Assembly (NCBI RefSeq): GCF_018350175.1
Contig: NC_058368.1
Span: forward strand, 34,660,001-34,724,000
Length of the DNA stretch: 64,000 nucleotides
DNA from: Felis catus
Taxonomy: Eukaryota
Direction: 5' to 3'
Part shown: piece by piece, positions 12,415-26,439 of the stretch
Layout: each line of letters opens with the position of its first letter
Numbering within the stretch: the first letter of the stretch is position 1
Made by a program: the position numbers and the translations under genes
The notes under the pieces: model-generated
What the model saw: only the letters and a program-made list of their open reading frames with translations
The model's database searches: none
Told to the model about the DNA's origin: nothing

Positions 12415-14389
12415 GTGATGAAACTCACCTAAACATGGAAGGTCATTTTTATCACAAGTGTGTCTTGTCCATTCCTACCAGTTTCCCTCAGTGGAAACTT
12501 CCATCCTCTCACTAACTGCTCCCTGGATTCTAATTATCTCTCTGCCTCTCAGCATGCGGAGGTGGGGAGATAATTTAGGGTAGTGAGCTTTACCAAAACA
12601 AGGTTCCCATCACAGCTAAACTAAAACACCACATCAAAATTTACTTGGCTTTTTGCTGGCACACAGTTGATGGTCTTTCACCTTTTAGATACTAAAAGTA
12701 GCAATACCCTAAGCAAATTATGAGGGGAAAAACAATAGTAAAACTATCATGTTGTCCGTATTTCATCCCACTTAGCCGTGTTGCTTAACTTTCTTCTAAA
12801 TAGGCTATGATGTCTCCAATTCACAATTCCATTGTGTTTACTCAGGATTTTTCAGTTTTTACATTAATTCCTTAGAGTCTTCAATTTCCTAATTATCTTT
12901 GGCATCTTCATAGTTGAGTCGCTTGAGTTAACCAGGAGATTGAACAATATATTTAATTTTTTAAAATGTTTAGTAGTGTTTGTTTACAGACAATTATTGT
13001 AATAAAGATAATTTCTTTTTAAATCAGATAATAAACAGATACTTGAAATAATATCTTGAAAATTTTTATTCATGATTAAGGGAATTTAATTTTTCAGTCA
13101 TTGCTATTATCACATTTTTGTTGTTGCTGTTGATCCGACATATCTAAGGCACACAATACACCACCAGTAGCATGGCTCAAAAACAATGATTCTCACTGAT
13201 TAATATGAAAAGTTAGACATATTAGGATCTAGTGAATGAATCCTTTAGGTGATTCTGATAGGATTCCCTGAGATCACAGGCCAATCTTTCCTCAATTTGT
13301 TAATCACTTCTCCAAAATGGGAGATAGACCAAAACATTTAATTGTAAACTTACATAATAAGGAGAAATAACTTCTCGCTACCTTTTCAGACCTGAATTTT
13401 AACAACACAACATATTTTTGGTATATATCATAGTAGCATATTATAAACGGTGCACTTTAATATCTTTGGTATAATATAGATCACAACTTTCCATATATTC
13501 TGCTGCATCTCTCTTTGGATATCTCTCAACAAATAGATTCATTCTGAGGGATACCCAGGGAAATCATATAAATGTTGTAGAATTGGCTGTGTTTCCTCCA
13601 CTTTTAACTCAGGAAGTATAATGTTCGAATGGACCGTTAGAATTCCTCTAGTCTACTGGCTATGGCTAAGGCAGAATGACATTTAAACAGTTATGTTCCA
13701 ATTTTTGTAATTTTTCATGTCATCACTCTGTTCATTTTACTCTAATAGGTACTTACATTTCACTTCTTACCATCTTTTCTACCCACTCAATTATTTACCA
13801 GTGATGCTAAGCATAATTTAAAACAGATGAACCAGCAGCATATTTTTGTTTTGCTCTACCAGAGTCTGTCTTGCAGTGCATTTCCTTTGATCCAATTTTT
13901 GGACAAGTGAAAATTCCTAAATGTAACAGTCTATCCTGGTTTAAAGTCAGCCAAAAGAATAAAGATAATGCAAGAACAATGAATAACACACGGTAGCACT
14001 GTATGAGGATAACTTTTTTGTAAGTCAACATTTTTTTTCCTTTGAAAGAAAAAGGTATTATAATTTCTATGATCCATAATAATAATAATTACTATTTTCC
14101 TGGCACCTTGATTCAATTATCCATTCCCAATTCTTCACTATTATAATGGGTTTTATCAGCAAAGGAGCCTTGGCAGAATCGTGTAACTATTTATCAGAAT
14201 TTTAAGTGAAAGAATCTGGAGAGGAAAATACAGATATGTAATTGGAAGAAATCTTCAATTTTCCAGGCAGTACTTCCATGATTTAGAATGACTCATTTGT
14301 ACTTATGCTCCATCACTAATGAGAGTGGAGAGCAGATTGATGAAGTGGACACTTCTAGGACTGATGTTACTAACACCAACGGCAGCACC

Positions 14390-14610
14390 AAAAACTAATA
14401 TTGTGTGGTTGCTCTACTGGACTCTTTGCTTTCAGTTAGCTATATGCTATCTTATTTAATAAGGCCTCTGTATGATATATGAGAAGATGTCACTGCCTGC
14501 ATGTTATGGGCAAACTACTCCCATCATGTTGAACAACTTGTCCAAGTTTGTGCAGTTAATATATGACAAATCTGGGATTTGAACCCAGGTCTCTTAAAGA
14601 ATAGAGGTTC
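14390..14610 (-). mobile_element. MIR fragment
   Basis: aacttgtccaag...ctgggatttgaacccaggtct. Confidence 0.6.
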
Positions 14611-16034
14611 TCCCACAATTCTAAACTTCTTCCAATTGTCATGTTTTCTTCCAATATTTCAGATATTATTCACCTTACTTTCAAATGCCTATTTCATACA
14701 GTGCATTTATAGTACCATTCAGGAAAACATTATAATAATGATGTTCTCCTTATAATCCAGAGGCAGAGACAGAATATGTCAGCATCTATAGACCTTGCTT
14801 TTGAATAAGAAATATTGGGGGGAAACCACCTGACACTAGAAATTTGACTAAATACCGATTTGACTTATTATCTGGTCTCTCCCACTCCCACTGTTAACAG
14901 AGCGGTGGACTTGTCTGCTTTTGTAATATATGACCATGAACAACTCCTTCCAGTACTGACACCTTCATTGGATGGAATAATGTGAACAGACCTCACAACC
15001 TCATAGTGGAAACGAGAGAGTAATAGTTTGGGCAGTAGAATTCTTGCTTCATTACTCAAAACTCCAACTGAACTACCTATTTTTATGCTCTAATACATAT
15101 ATTACCCATTAGATTGCCTGTAATTAATTTAAAAATTTTCAACACAGACAATTTGATATTAACGTGTAAGTATATATGTACATTACATATCTCAGGGGAG
15201 GTTAGTTTTTTTTGAAGTACTCTAATGTGGAATCAACACTCAAGGGGTAGTTAACATTTGAAAACCATTCATCAGGCAACCACACTCTAGAAATCACCAC
15301 TACAATTGCTTCAACTGACCCTAACTATATCTTCATGAGGAGCTCATTAATTAGCATAAAAATGCTAGAAATAGCTTTTCATCAATAAAATGAGCAGCAT
15401 TCAAATTTGTAAATTAACTAGACATATTTTATAGACATTGCTACAACTGGATGACTGTTGTTTAAGAATCTGGTGAGCAAGGTCAATCAACAATCTTTAG
15501 ATTAGCACTCTGGGTCCTACTCTAAAACTTTAGTTCAGTCCCATGTTCTTCCAAATTAAAGTAGATTATGTCCCTTGGTTCTCAATAAGTAGATAGCTGG
15601 TGTTACAGCTAGCATATCATTATATCTGCTTCCAATGAACTTTTGTGTAAAGTACATATGTTGAAGAACCTAAAAGAAAGTTTTCTTGGACTTCATCAAT
15701 TTTACAAAACAGGGTTGTATGCCTGTTTTGTGCTTAAGTGGCAGAAGGTGTTTTGTAGGTGTGAGCCAACTTAACATGAGACTTTCATTTGGTAGGGAAT
15801 TTGTTTCGGCATTCCTAGATCTCTCACCCATCCTTAATCATAAGAGCTAATTACTGACAGCTATTTAAAAAATAAAATAAAATAAAACTGTCATAAGTCA
15901 GCTTAAAATCCCACCTACCATATCCTGATAACTTTCAGTTTGTTTTTTCTTAGGTTATAATAGGGCCTGTTGTTTATTATTAGACCTTGCCTAATACAAG
16001 TCCTTATTGTAGGATGATGTGCACAGAGATTCTT

Positions 16035-16248
16035 TTTTTTTTTAAGTTAATTTATTTATTTTTGAGAAAGAGACAGAGAGAATGAGCAGGGGAGAGGCAG
16101 AAAGAGAGGAAAAGAGATAATCCCAAGCAGGTAGCGCACCAACAGCATGGAGCCTGATGTGAGGCTCGAACTCACAAACCATGAGATCATGACCTGAGCC
16201 AAAACCAAGAGTTGGATGCTTAACAGACTGAGCCATCTACGTGCCCCT
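16035..16248 (-). mobile_element. CanSINE
   Basis: Full antisense SINE; 10-bp TSD agagattctt (16025-16034, 16249-16258). Confidence 0.95.
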
Positions 16249-18184
16249 AGAGATTCTTAGTCTACTGCAGTATCTTTGTTAGTGTTACTTGAAAGTACAT
16301 GGCCTTTATTTTATTGCCATCCTCATTCTCTCACACTTGTGTAGCAGATTCTCAGGTTCATAGCACATCACAGCTCTCACAGAGAATTCTAAAATATCAT
16401 AGAAATAGTGTCTTATCCATTCCACTCAGTTGGGGGCCAGTTTCAGTTTTTCAGGTAGCTAGTATTCACTTAGAAATGTTCAGGCTTTCAGGCCCAAGGG
16501 TTGGTGAGTGGAGTCTGAAAATATTTGCTGGAATATCGAGCTTTCCAAATAAAAGACTTTTGAAATGTCAAATTCTTTAGGTAACATCATGCTCATAATC
16601 TCAAAGAGCATGTCATGGTCGTTTTTGCCTCTTTTCTCTCTTATGAGTTCTTTTTATCTCTGTTCTCTCCAGCTATGATTCCTCAAAGGAAAATCACTCC
16701 CTCTTCTCCATCTATAATTCTTGATTGAAACTTGAATTTCCACTAATTCTTTTGATATAACTTGGTAATAGATGGAAACACCTTCATTTACATGGAAAAT
16801 GTGAAGGTCATTATCATGAACCAGGAAAGGGTATGTTTTCACAGCTTGTATAAAATCTGTGACTCAGCAAAAAGGGCCTAGTATAAATTAATATACTCGA
16901 ATATTTTATAAGAAAATATATTCATACAATTTCCTTCTGTTCAATACTTAATTAACATATTATATAGTTGGTTAACATATCTCCTAATTAGATTATATAT
17001 ACTTTCTGGGGATATTCAATGTGTTTACTTCTCTAATCAATATACTTTAACTATTACTTAAAGCTTCAATTTTTTAACACTTCCCAGAGGTATAATGTAT
17101 ATGTATAAAATATTTTCTGCAGTCCAGATCATACAGTCACTTATACTTGAGTATATAGGGAAATACACCAAAGTCAATAAATGGTATCATCAAGAGTATG
17201 ACCAATAGGCAATGGGTCACACCAGAAAAAAAAAAATAGTAGATTTAGTGAACAGGTTTCATTTCTATCTCCAACAATTACTAACTAGGTGTAGTTGAGC
17301 ATCTGACCATTGAGGGGTTTTGTGGGAAAAACACACATATTTTCTTTAAAGAAAAATAATGAAAAAACAACTAACTCTTTGTGTAGAATGTGGTGAATAT
17401 ACCTTTTGTAGAATGTAGTGAATAAATGTACCTTACCCTCCTGCATTATTGGGGCTTATTCTTTGAAAGACATAACAATTTAAAAACATGCTTCACTAGG
17501 AAAGACTTTTCTAAATAAATGTAACATCTAAAACAAAATTCTGGTTTGTTGATGGTTATGAATAATACAACCAATTGGGTAACTGGATGACAAAATAGGA
17601 TTATCAAATATATCATATTCACAGTATGAAAACCCTTGGTGTGAATATAGTAAAAAGAAGCACATTTTTAAACAGAGACAAACAAACAGCAAAAACCTGG
17701 TTACTTAGAGGGAAGAATTACCTAGAAATGAGTAACAGCTGACAATGCAAAATATTAACAATTAAAAAAAACAACAAAAGCACAAAAGCTAAAACATGAA
17801 CGATGTCTGATGGGTATGATTAATTTTAGGGAAAATTCACCTCAGACTTGGGTTAAAAATTTTCACTACTTAACAGGGACCACGAACGCTCCTTTTCACT
17901 GTATATCTGGTAATCTATTACAAGTGCTGCATAATATAGAGATAAGATTTTTCAAATGTTGAGTCATTCAGCCCTCAGTGTTACATTAGGTTAATGCATA
18001 TGACTTTTTGAGGATATTCAAGATGTTTTTGTGTAGAAGTGGGAACAATAATGAAGAAATATCAGTAGCTCTCCTGCCTCTAAAATATGTTGCAAAGGGC
18101 TATAGTATTTTTGCAGTACATGCATACTGAAAATGTTAAATACAGAGAGAAAAGTCTACAATTTTTTTCTTGGACTTCTCAGTG

Positions 18185-18733
18185 TGAGGGTTGACAGAGA
18201 AAGTTCACACAGCCTGAATAAATTTTAAGCAGGGTTCTATCTGATTCTAGCCCTCTACGTACTTCCATCTCACTTTTCTTGGTGCGCTCACTTTAGAACA
18301 CTTGTAAATTTTTTCTTTGCCCCTTGGAGATGTAAATTTTTAAAAAAGTCTCATGTCAACTTTACAACTCCGAATGTCTTCCTCAGAGACCTAGGAGCTA
18401 TGTTTAAAGATGTAAACATCAACTAAGGTAGAACTCCTATCTCCCTTTCTGTGGGACGGTAGGAGCCTTCCTTTGGAGGACATCTTGCTCCAAGTTGAAA
18501 AACCACCTCATGCTGTGAAGATATAAGAAAGTTTACTTTTCCTCTTGGTGAGGTCAGTTAGCCAACACAGATGGCCAACATTGCACCCTCTCTCCACTGC
18601 TTGACAGCCCGCCTGTCTTTCATTTCAGAGGCTCTGACTTGAGCCTGAGCTCTGGCTTTTTCACTATAGCAATAGCATTGAACAAGTCTTTCTTGCCAGT
18701 TTAACGATGTTTAATGCAATTTTTGCTTTGACA
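18185..18733 (+). mobile_element. Solo LTR, MER34/MER39-like (ERV1)
   Basis: TG...CA ends; 4-bp TSD agtg; 3' end gcaatagcattgaacaagtctttcttgcc...gcaatttttgctttgaca resembles the recalled MER34-family end. Confidence 0.75.
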
Positions 18734-18739
18734 AGTGTT

Positions 18740-18985
18740 AGTGCTAAAAACAAAAATAAAGCAACAGAAGGAGACAGAGAAAATATGCACTATTTTTTAT
18801 AGAGTATTCAAAAAAGTCCTCTCTGATAAAAGAACATATGAACAGAAACTTGAAGGAAAAAGGGATATGAATATATGGATTATAAAGTATTCCGAGGTAT
18901 GAACATTTCAGACAAAAGAAATAGCAAGTGTGAAATTCCTGATGTGTCTAGCTACTTAGATAGTCTGAGGAACATCAAGGAGGTA
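18740..18985 (-). mobile_element. L2 fragment
   Basis: gaacagaaacttgaagga...gaacatttcagacaaaagaaatagcaagtgtgaaattcctga. Confidence 0.6.
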
Positions 18986-19529
18986 TTTGTTCCCCGTGGA
19001 AAACATCATTATGCATGAGGTCTTTTAAAAGCCAATTTCCTTCTTGCTTTGATGAGAAAACTGAAACCCAGAATAGTTTGATGACTTCTGTAAATAAACA
19101 AAGTAGAATTTTCTATTATGAAAGCAATTCAATAGTCAATCAATGTGATTTGTTTTGCTGAGTTGTGTTTTTCTTTAATGAAAGATGCTAAGGAATTATC
19201 AATTGGCAACACTCTGATCTGTTCACACCAGAAAATGTAATCATTTATAAGAAATGGCAAAATTTATGAAAATTCTTCAGTCGTGAACTATAATATAAAA
19301 ATATCTTTAGTAATGAAAAACTGAAAATAAGTAAACTTGAGTTGTGCATTCTATACATTTTGAAAATGAAGCCTCAATTATTGACCAAGGTATGTTAGCA
19401 GAAAATTGGTTCATAAAGTGTCTCCTTGAAAACATCCATTACTATTGATTATGAAGTAGAAGTAAAATAAAGGAGAAATCTAAACAGTAATAAAAGACCA
19501 CATACTTTAAATACAGAATTGATAGAAAG

Positions 19530-19719
19530 TAGAATAGAACTCTGGCTCTTCCACTTGTCAGGTAAGGAACTCTGGGGAACTTACTTAAATTCCTTAAACT
19601 ATAATTTCATCATTTGCAAAATGGGGATATTGCTATATACCTCACAGGGCTGTTTTAGGATTAAACAAAATGTATGCAAACTACTTAGTACAGCACATGT
19701 TAAAAAATGTCAGCAATTA
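19530..19719 (+). mobile_element. MIR, tail interrupted by an LTR
   Basis: tttcatcatttgcaaaatgggga...tacctcacagggctgttttaggattaaa. Confidence 0.8.
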
Positions 19720-20152
19720 TGGATAAAATTGGAAGGGGGGGGCTCATGAGCAAATGGCTAAGAAAGAATTCTTGAGATGTGTTTGGTGCAAAAAGGTGAT
19801 TTCATTGAAGTACAGGGACTGGACTCGTGGGGAGAAAAGATCTGACCCGTGGTTGTGAGGAGCAGCTGATGATATACTTTCAAGTTTGAGGGGGGATAAG
19901 AGATAAAGTTAGTTTCCAAGGAACTTCTGGATACTGAAAGCAGGGTCTCATAGGACCCTAAAGGTTTAGCTATTGTCAAGATAAGGTTGCTTTTAGTTTT
20001 TTTAAGGGATTATAAACATGAAGGCTTGAAGGCAGCCATAAACGTGTTGGGGAGTGCTACACGCTGTGGGTCTCTGACATCCATCAGTGGGCCACAGGCT
20101 GTAAGGGAATTTAATTTCAACTACATTTTTCTTGACTTTGTTCCCCTCATCA
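19720..20152 (-). mobile_element. Solo LTR (ERV1-like, probably carnivore-specific)
   Basis: TG...CA ends with 4-bp TSD atta (19716-19719, 20153-20156); GC-richer than the flanks; about 430 bp. Confidence 0.7.
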
Positions 20153-20214
20153 ATTATCATCATTAGTATTTTTATATTGTTACTAAATGGACTGCAAAGC
20201 TACTGGATTTATGT

Positions 20215-20640
20215 TTTGGTAACTTTTTAATGTTGAAAGTTTAAAGAACCATTCAAAGATAGAGAGAATATTATAATAAACAACTTTGTGGTTTTATATC
20301 CACCCCCCTAACTTTTCTCTCCCCAGGATTAGATTATTAGAAAATAAATTTCAGCCATCCTATCATTTAATCCACAAAAATATCAGAAATGTCTCTAAAA
20401 TATGTCTTTAAAAATAACACATTCTAAATACCATCCTCACAGCTGAAACACTGTAACAATAATTCCTTAGTGTTGTCAAATGTGTAGTCAATGTTCAAAT
20501 TTCTGATTGCCTCAAAATTTTTTTTCAATTTGTTCATTCTGTTTGAGAATCGGGTGTAAATAATATTCATACATTGAAACTGGCTAATAGATCTCTTAAA
20601 AATGTTTTCATCTATAATCTCTTCCTTCCTGCCCTTCTCT
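20215..20640 (-). mobile_element. L1MC-like 3' end
   Basis: Antisense 3'UTR phrases: aacaataattccttagtgttgtcaaatgtgtagtcaatgttcaaatttc. Confidence 0.6.
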
Positions 20641-20690
20641 TTCCCTCTCCCTCACCATCTTAGTTTAAGAATTTAGGTTATTTTAAATGA

Positions 20691-20890
20691 CTAAGCGTCT
20701 GACTTCAGCCCAGGTCATGGTCTCAGGGCTTGTGGATTGGAGACCCATCTCAGGCTCTGTGCTGACAGCTCAGAGCCTGGAGCCTCCTTCTGATTTTCTG
20801 TGTCTCCCTCTCTCTGTCCCTCCCCTGCTCACTCTCTGTCTCTCTTTCAAATATAAGTGAACATTAAAAAAAATTAATGAAAAAAAAAAA
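20691..20890 (+). mobile_element. 5'-truncated CanSINE
   Basis: Starts at taagcgtctgacttcagcccaggtc; has (CT) tract and A tail. Confidence 0.9.
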
Positions 20891-21889
20891 ACCCTGAGAC
20901 TAAATAATGCTAACATTCTACCCATTGCAACTGCAGGCAGGATGTCTCCTGGTAAAGGAAGTGAGTAATTAATTGGTCAGTAGCCTTTTGATTGAGATGG
21001 GAGAGGAGGTGAATGACTTCTAGTTTAATAGATGAGAATCACTCAAGAGAGGGGGCGTGGTCCTGACAAGGCAGTTTGGAGCCAGTGGAATCAGTCAGTC
21101 AGACTTAGCAGTAAAATCAATAAAGGCAAATTGTTTGCAGCTGCTCACAGAGTTCTTCTTGATAAACAAGATTTTGCCATTAAAGATTACAGAATAAGAG
21201 AGTGCTACAAAATAGTCTACAGTTCTCACCAGATAATCCCAAATGAGGTAATCATTTCACTCGCACCCTTTGATCCTATCATGTTAAACCTTTAAAAAGA
21301 ATTTCCTGGTATATAGCAGTGATTGAAGTCATTTTCCAAAACTTCTCACATATATTGCACAGTATTTTTCTCCCTCTCTCTCTCCCTCTCCCTCTCTCTC
21401 CCTCCCACCCTTTCTCTCCCTCTCCCTTTCTCGAATAGAGCAATAGAAATAAAATGAATATGGAAGGAACAATAATGTTCATGTACAGATGTTAACTGAA
21501 AGAACTGTAAAAAGTAAATATTCCAATCTGTGGGAAAGTAATTGTACAAACACATCCTTTCCAGAAAATCATACTGGGAGAATTCAGCCAATTAAAAAAG
21601 ATGTGATTAAATTTAGCCAGAATACTAATAATTCCAGGAAGAAGGCAGAAGTGTGCAGACTGTGTAAATTGAATGGGAATTTCTAACAATTAATATGCAC
21701 AGGTAAACCTGAGTTCCTGACACCTACGTGAACTAATGATCCTCAGGTATAAAGTTGTAAAGAAATTAAAAGCATGGCAAAATCTGAAGGTTCAGCATTA
21801 TGAAGAGTAGTGACAAAAGCTAAAAAGACAAACACCCACGGAGGGCACAAGAGTGTGCTTTGGCTAAATATACCACAGAAAGATCAGAA

Positions 21890-22090
21890 AACATCCGGCT
21901 CTGACCAGGACTACTCTGTGTACTTGGAGAAATAATTTGATTTCTCAGAACCTCCATTTCTTCTGTAGGGAAGTGGAAATTAAAAAATATCTACCTGGAA
22001 GGGGTGTTGTAAATAGTAAATGATAAAATGTATGCAACCGATCTATCATAATGCTCGTCACTTGGTGATATTTACAAAAGAATGACAAAT
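21890..22090 (+). mobile_element. MIR fragment
   Basis: ctgtgtacttggaga...cctccatttcttctgta...ggtgttgtaaatagtaaatgataaaatgtatgcaa. Confidence 0.65.
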
Positions 22091-23051
22091 ATTCTTCACA
22101 TACAGTGTTAGGCTCTCCAGATTGTAGGACACTTAAAACTCAGCTGCTATAATCACAATGCTTGAAATTTGAAAATGGAAGCCATCATTAATATTATTAT
22201 CATTATTATTTTTAAACCTCTCCGACTTCTCTGCCAAGGATTCATTCAGTTGATAATTATATGCTTCTAATGATGGAGAGTCCATTTCCTCTTGGGTTTC
22301 ACAAAAGTACTTTCAAATACACAGAGTCACTTCTTGTGAAATTAGAGTTGTGCTTCTGTTTCAGTCTGAGTTAGGAACTGCTCTTGCTTTCCAGCTAAGC
22401 ATATCAAATTAGAATACAATTCACTGCTGTTTGCTAGATTAGACCATATTTTTTGGTTGAAGAAAGTGAAAGAAGCACATTTTAAAACCACACCAGCACA
22501 GTGGCCAATGTCTTCCCTCAAAGTTTGCTATTGGTGATGGTGACGATAATGAGTCTATTTCTGATCTTTGTGCTTACAGCAATCATTTTGAAGCTATTCC
22601 AAAGTTTTGTATTAAATTCTTCTCCTGTTGTGTCTTCAAAATATACAGCTGGCCTCCATTATCTCAGCCATGCCTCTGTGGCCTGTTTGTTTCGTATTAT
22701 TGCTCATTTGTTTCTTTCTCTGCCTACTCATCTGTTTCCTGGCTGTGACTTTCAGCTTCCTCATTTGTCTAACTAAGTGTTGTCCTTGGCTGTTTCCTTT
22801 TTGTCATTCCTACTGTTTCTTGCTTTCTGGTCACTTTGTTTGATGGCATCTATGCAACACTTTGCGCTCATTAATATCTTCCATGAGATGCTTAATAATA
22901 GAAAAACCCTGTTGAGTCTCTGCACAGTTAAGAAAGAAACCCATCCAGCTTTTGATAAAAGTCTATACATAGATTACTCTTAAGTTGGGAAATTGTCAGA
23001 AGTTAATGACAGGGAAATAAAGGCAGATGCAACTACTCAAGAATTTCTTTG

Positions 23052-23119
<68 letters not shown>
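23052..23119. repeat. Compound (GT)n(GA)n microsatellite
   Basis: Directly visible. Confidence 0.95.
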
Positions 23120-23123
<4 letters not shown>

Positions 23124-23263
23124 TAACTTGTTTACTGGTTCAGTAAAGAAAAAGTATGTACATTGCCAAAATATAGTTATAAGAAATGAATCATCTGACT
23201 ATAACTAAGGCTGAAAAGTATTCTGTTAAAATATGCCCATGATGATTACTATTAGAGATAACT

Positions 23264-23357
23264 TTTAAATAAGTTTATTATGCAAAGCCTTGTATTAGTT
23301 TAATACAACAGCAAAAGTTAATTAGTTTAAATAAGTTTATTATGCAAAGCCTTGTAT
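23264..23357. repeat. Perfect 32-bp direct repeat pair with 30-bp spacer
   Basis: tttaaataagtttattatgcaaagccttgtat at 23264-23295 and 23326-23357. Confidence 0.95.
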
Positions 23358-26300
23358 ATAAAATATACAAAAATTATTGTATATTTTATGTGTGCATAAT
23401 GCATTTCAGATCAAATATCTCATATTATTTTACAAGACATGTAAATACTTTTACCACCTCAGTGATAAGAATGTCCTAAAATAGACATTTATATTTTTCC
23501 AATGTTCAATTCTCAGGAGAAGTGTTAAAAATTATAATTCAATGTGACATTGTTCAAGATGACCAACTTGGACTTCAAAGTCCATTTTAGCCTCTGACCT
23601 GCAGACAACATATTCCCTCTTTGTGTGCCTAAAGCTGCTGTTGGCTTTTTTATTTCTAGAGTTTTCTGTGAGAGAGGCTATTGAAAATTAAGTGCTCACA
23701 TACTATGGAGTTTCTGCATTACTTATAACTTGTGGAGTAAAAAGCTATAAAGATCATTTACAGTTCAGTCAAGGTTTCTGTTAATGCACTAGCTGTTAGG
23801 TGCATGAAGAACATGTCAGCTAATATTAAGAATGACATAAAGAGCGTGTTCTCCCAAAACTTGAAGTCAGAGCACAAAGAATTCTTTCATATGGAAATTA
23901 AACTGCACAATGGGAATCCTGGTAGGAGGCCAGGGATTTTACTTCGCCCACCACTTCCCTGGGGTGAACTAAAGTTTGAAAGGAGTTCTAGGTTCACTCT
24001 GGTTTTCTTCCTCCTAAAATGGTAGCTATTCTTTAAGTCTTGAAATGTTTTTCTTGTTCAGACTCTGTTTCTTACAATTCCTATCTTGAAAGTATGCCTG
24101 GTTACTTTGAAAATCCAAATTAGTTCTTTCTATTTCTCTTTCTCCTTTTATTTTTTAACTTTTTACTTTTATATTTCACTTTGTTTTCCCCACTGTTTTA
24201 GGTAACAGTAAAACACAGACTGTTTACGCAACTCAAATGATAAGAATATTTACAAACTGTTTTGTTGTTACAAAAGTGAAAGTGGCTTCAACAGACCTTC
24301 CTTATTCTGAAATGCACAAACACACACAGATATACACCACAGACTTCATGGGCCCTGGTATCTGGACAAGTGAACTTCATCCTAAGGATACTACTTACAT
24401 TACAACTGGGACTGGTTGCTTAGGAACCACCTCTCTATCCCAGACCCTAGGAGTGTTTGTCCTACTAACAGTGATTGAGGCTTATTAGCTCCATTAATTC
24501 TAATCTCTAGAGTTTGTACGGGGACGGTGGGGGAAACTTTCTAAACCTTGGTCTGTCATCAGCAAAGATCACATAGACTATGTACTGGATGCTGATTTTA
24601 TAGAATTTGCTACAAATCGGCTAAGCAGTTCAGTACAATGTTTACAGAGAGGTCTTTTTGTCTTAATTGGGCATAGATTGTTTTTTGTTGTTATTATCAT
24701 CCCAACTGAGTGTGGAGGAAAAGAGACACCATTAAAAACAAATCCCATTTATATGCCTTCCAAGGGTAATCAAATTAGGTAGGCAAGTTTCATACATTAG
24801 ATGGGGAAAAGACAATGGACTGTACAGAATGCCTGGCCTGTTGGTATCTCCTCCTCTCTCTTCCACATCTCTGTGTTATACCATTTCACCTAAAAGAAGC
24901 CAGGTCTGGGAAACTGGCTTTTGCCTAGGGAGAGGTCCTGTTCAGGTTTACCTCATGCCAAGGTCTACATATAGACAATATCCTTCATTGAGAAACTAAT
25001 GGACTCCCAGTTTCATAGACAAAAACATCAATATAAAATCTTACTGGAGACTCTCAGAAGCCCAGCATCTGTGAAGCCATATAAATTATAGTGTTCTTCC
25101 AAGTTTTCAAAACTCTCTGGGAGCCAGTATGGAGGCAGTCTTCTCCAGCTTCAATCTGTTGAGTGTCATAGACAAATTTCCAAAGCTTCATGAACTTAAC
25201 ACAGGTTTAAGGACATTGGTCATCAGAAAACAGAGGTTTGAGGACATCTGTGCTGCTTATGGTAGTCTCAGAAGGAGAGAAGTACACCTGTATCAGGGTT
25301 CTTCAACTGGGGCCAATGGATTAGATTCAAGAATCCATGGGCTTATACCTCCCGAACTATTTGCAGAATTATATAATAGTGTGCATTTCTCTCCCAAAGA
25401 ATATTTTTACAAGTATGTATTTGCTATTCCCCAAAATAAATATTATTTTCAAATTCCACAAACCAATATCCGCACAGTCACATATGGAAAATAACGTATG
25501 AAAGCTATATGTGCACTTAGGAACATGGAATCACACAGAAGTTATTTCAGATAAATATTACATATTGTGTAAGATAAGTGTGTATGTTTTCATCTTATTT
25601 TCATATGGTGAATTTAGTAGATTGTAAATGAGTTTATAATGGCTAAAATCTATTTGGGATTCACATATAATCAACCATAATAATCTTATCTTAATTATTT
25701 CTAAAATATCATTTCTATAGACATAAAGAAATATGTAAAGAAATACCTATTTCTAAAGCAGACATAAGATATGTCTATGGGGAGGTTTAGTAATATAGAC
25801 AAAAAAGGATTCTCAATATCTCACAAAATGTGAATTTAATAATGTAGTATAGTTACTCTACTCTTTTTATCAGAAATAAAAATTTAAATATTACTGTGGA
25901 CATTAATTTCTAGAGTGTGGGCTGTTCACTGAACTCTCCTCTAGCTAATGAGTATGAATCACCTACATGCATTGTTTCAGACTTTCTGTTGCACAGTCTT
26001 GAAATAAAATGCAAGAGAAATAGCCTGAGTCATAATGAGCATTGGCATCCATTCATGAGGCAGGATTTTCATCTCTCCCATAAAATATTGAGGCCACAGA
26101 ACATGCATTAATCATAAAACAATTTTATATGCCTTTATTGGGTGTTTGTTCTAAAAGGTTATGGAAACAAAAATATTTACAGAAGTAATGTCTTCTCAAT
26201 AAGCCACCTGAGAAAACTATGTTTAGAAAGTGAAATGATGAACAATATTAGATTTAAAAAGAAACCTAGGTTTAGAACTGCAGAGTAAAGATGTTGTGTC

Positions 26301-26439
26301 AGTTCATAGAGGCCAAGATATATATAAAGAGGTGCAAATATTTAGAATAAATCTAGAAACAGATGAGGCAACCACTTCCAGATAATAGTTAGTTAAACCA
26401 CTTGTGAGTCAATGCCAGATAAATACAAGGTGATAGGTA

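Noticed and set aside
23264..23357. CRISPR-like repeat-spacer-repeat geometry (32/30/32)
   Set aside because: Only two repeats, mammalian context, no cas genes, and the spacer is explained by local sequence.
25129..25494. 121-aa ATG-initiated ORF
   Set aside because: No recognisable domain or gene context; the length is compatible with chance in 64 kb.
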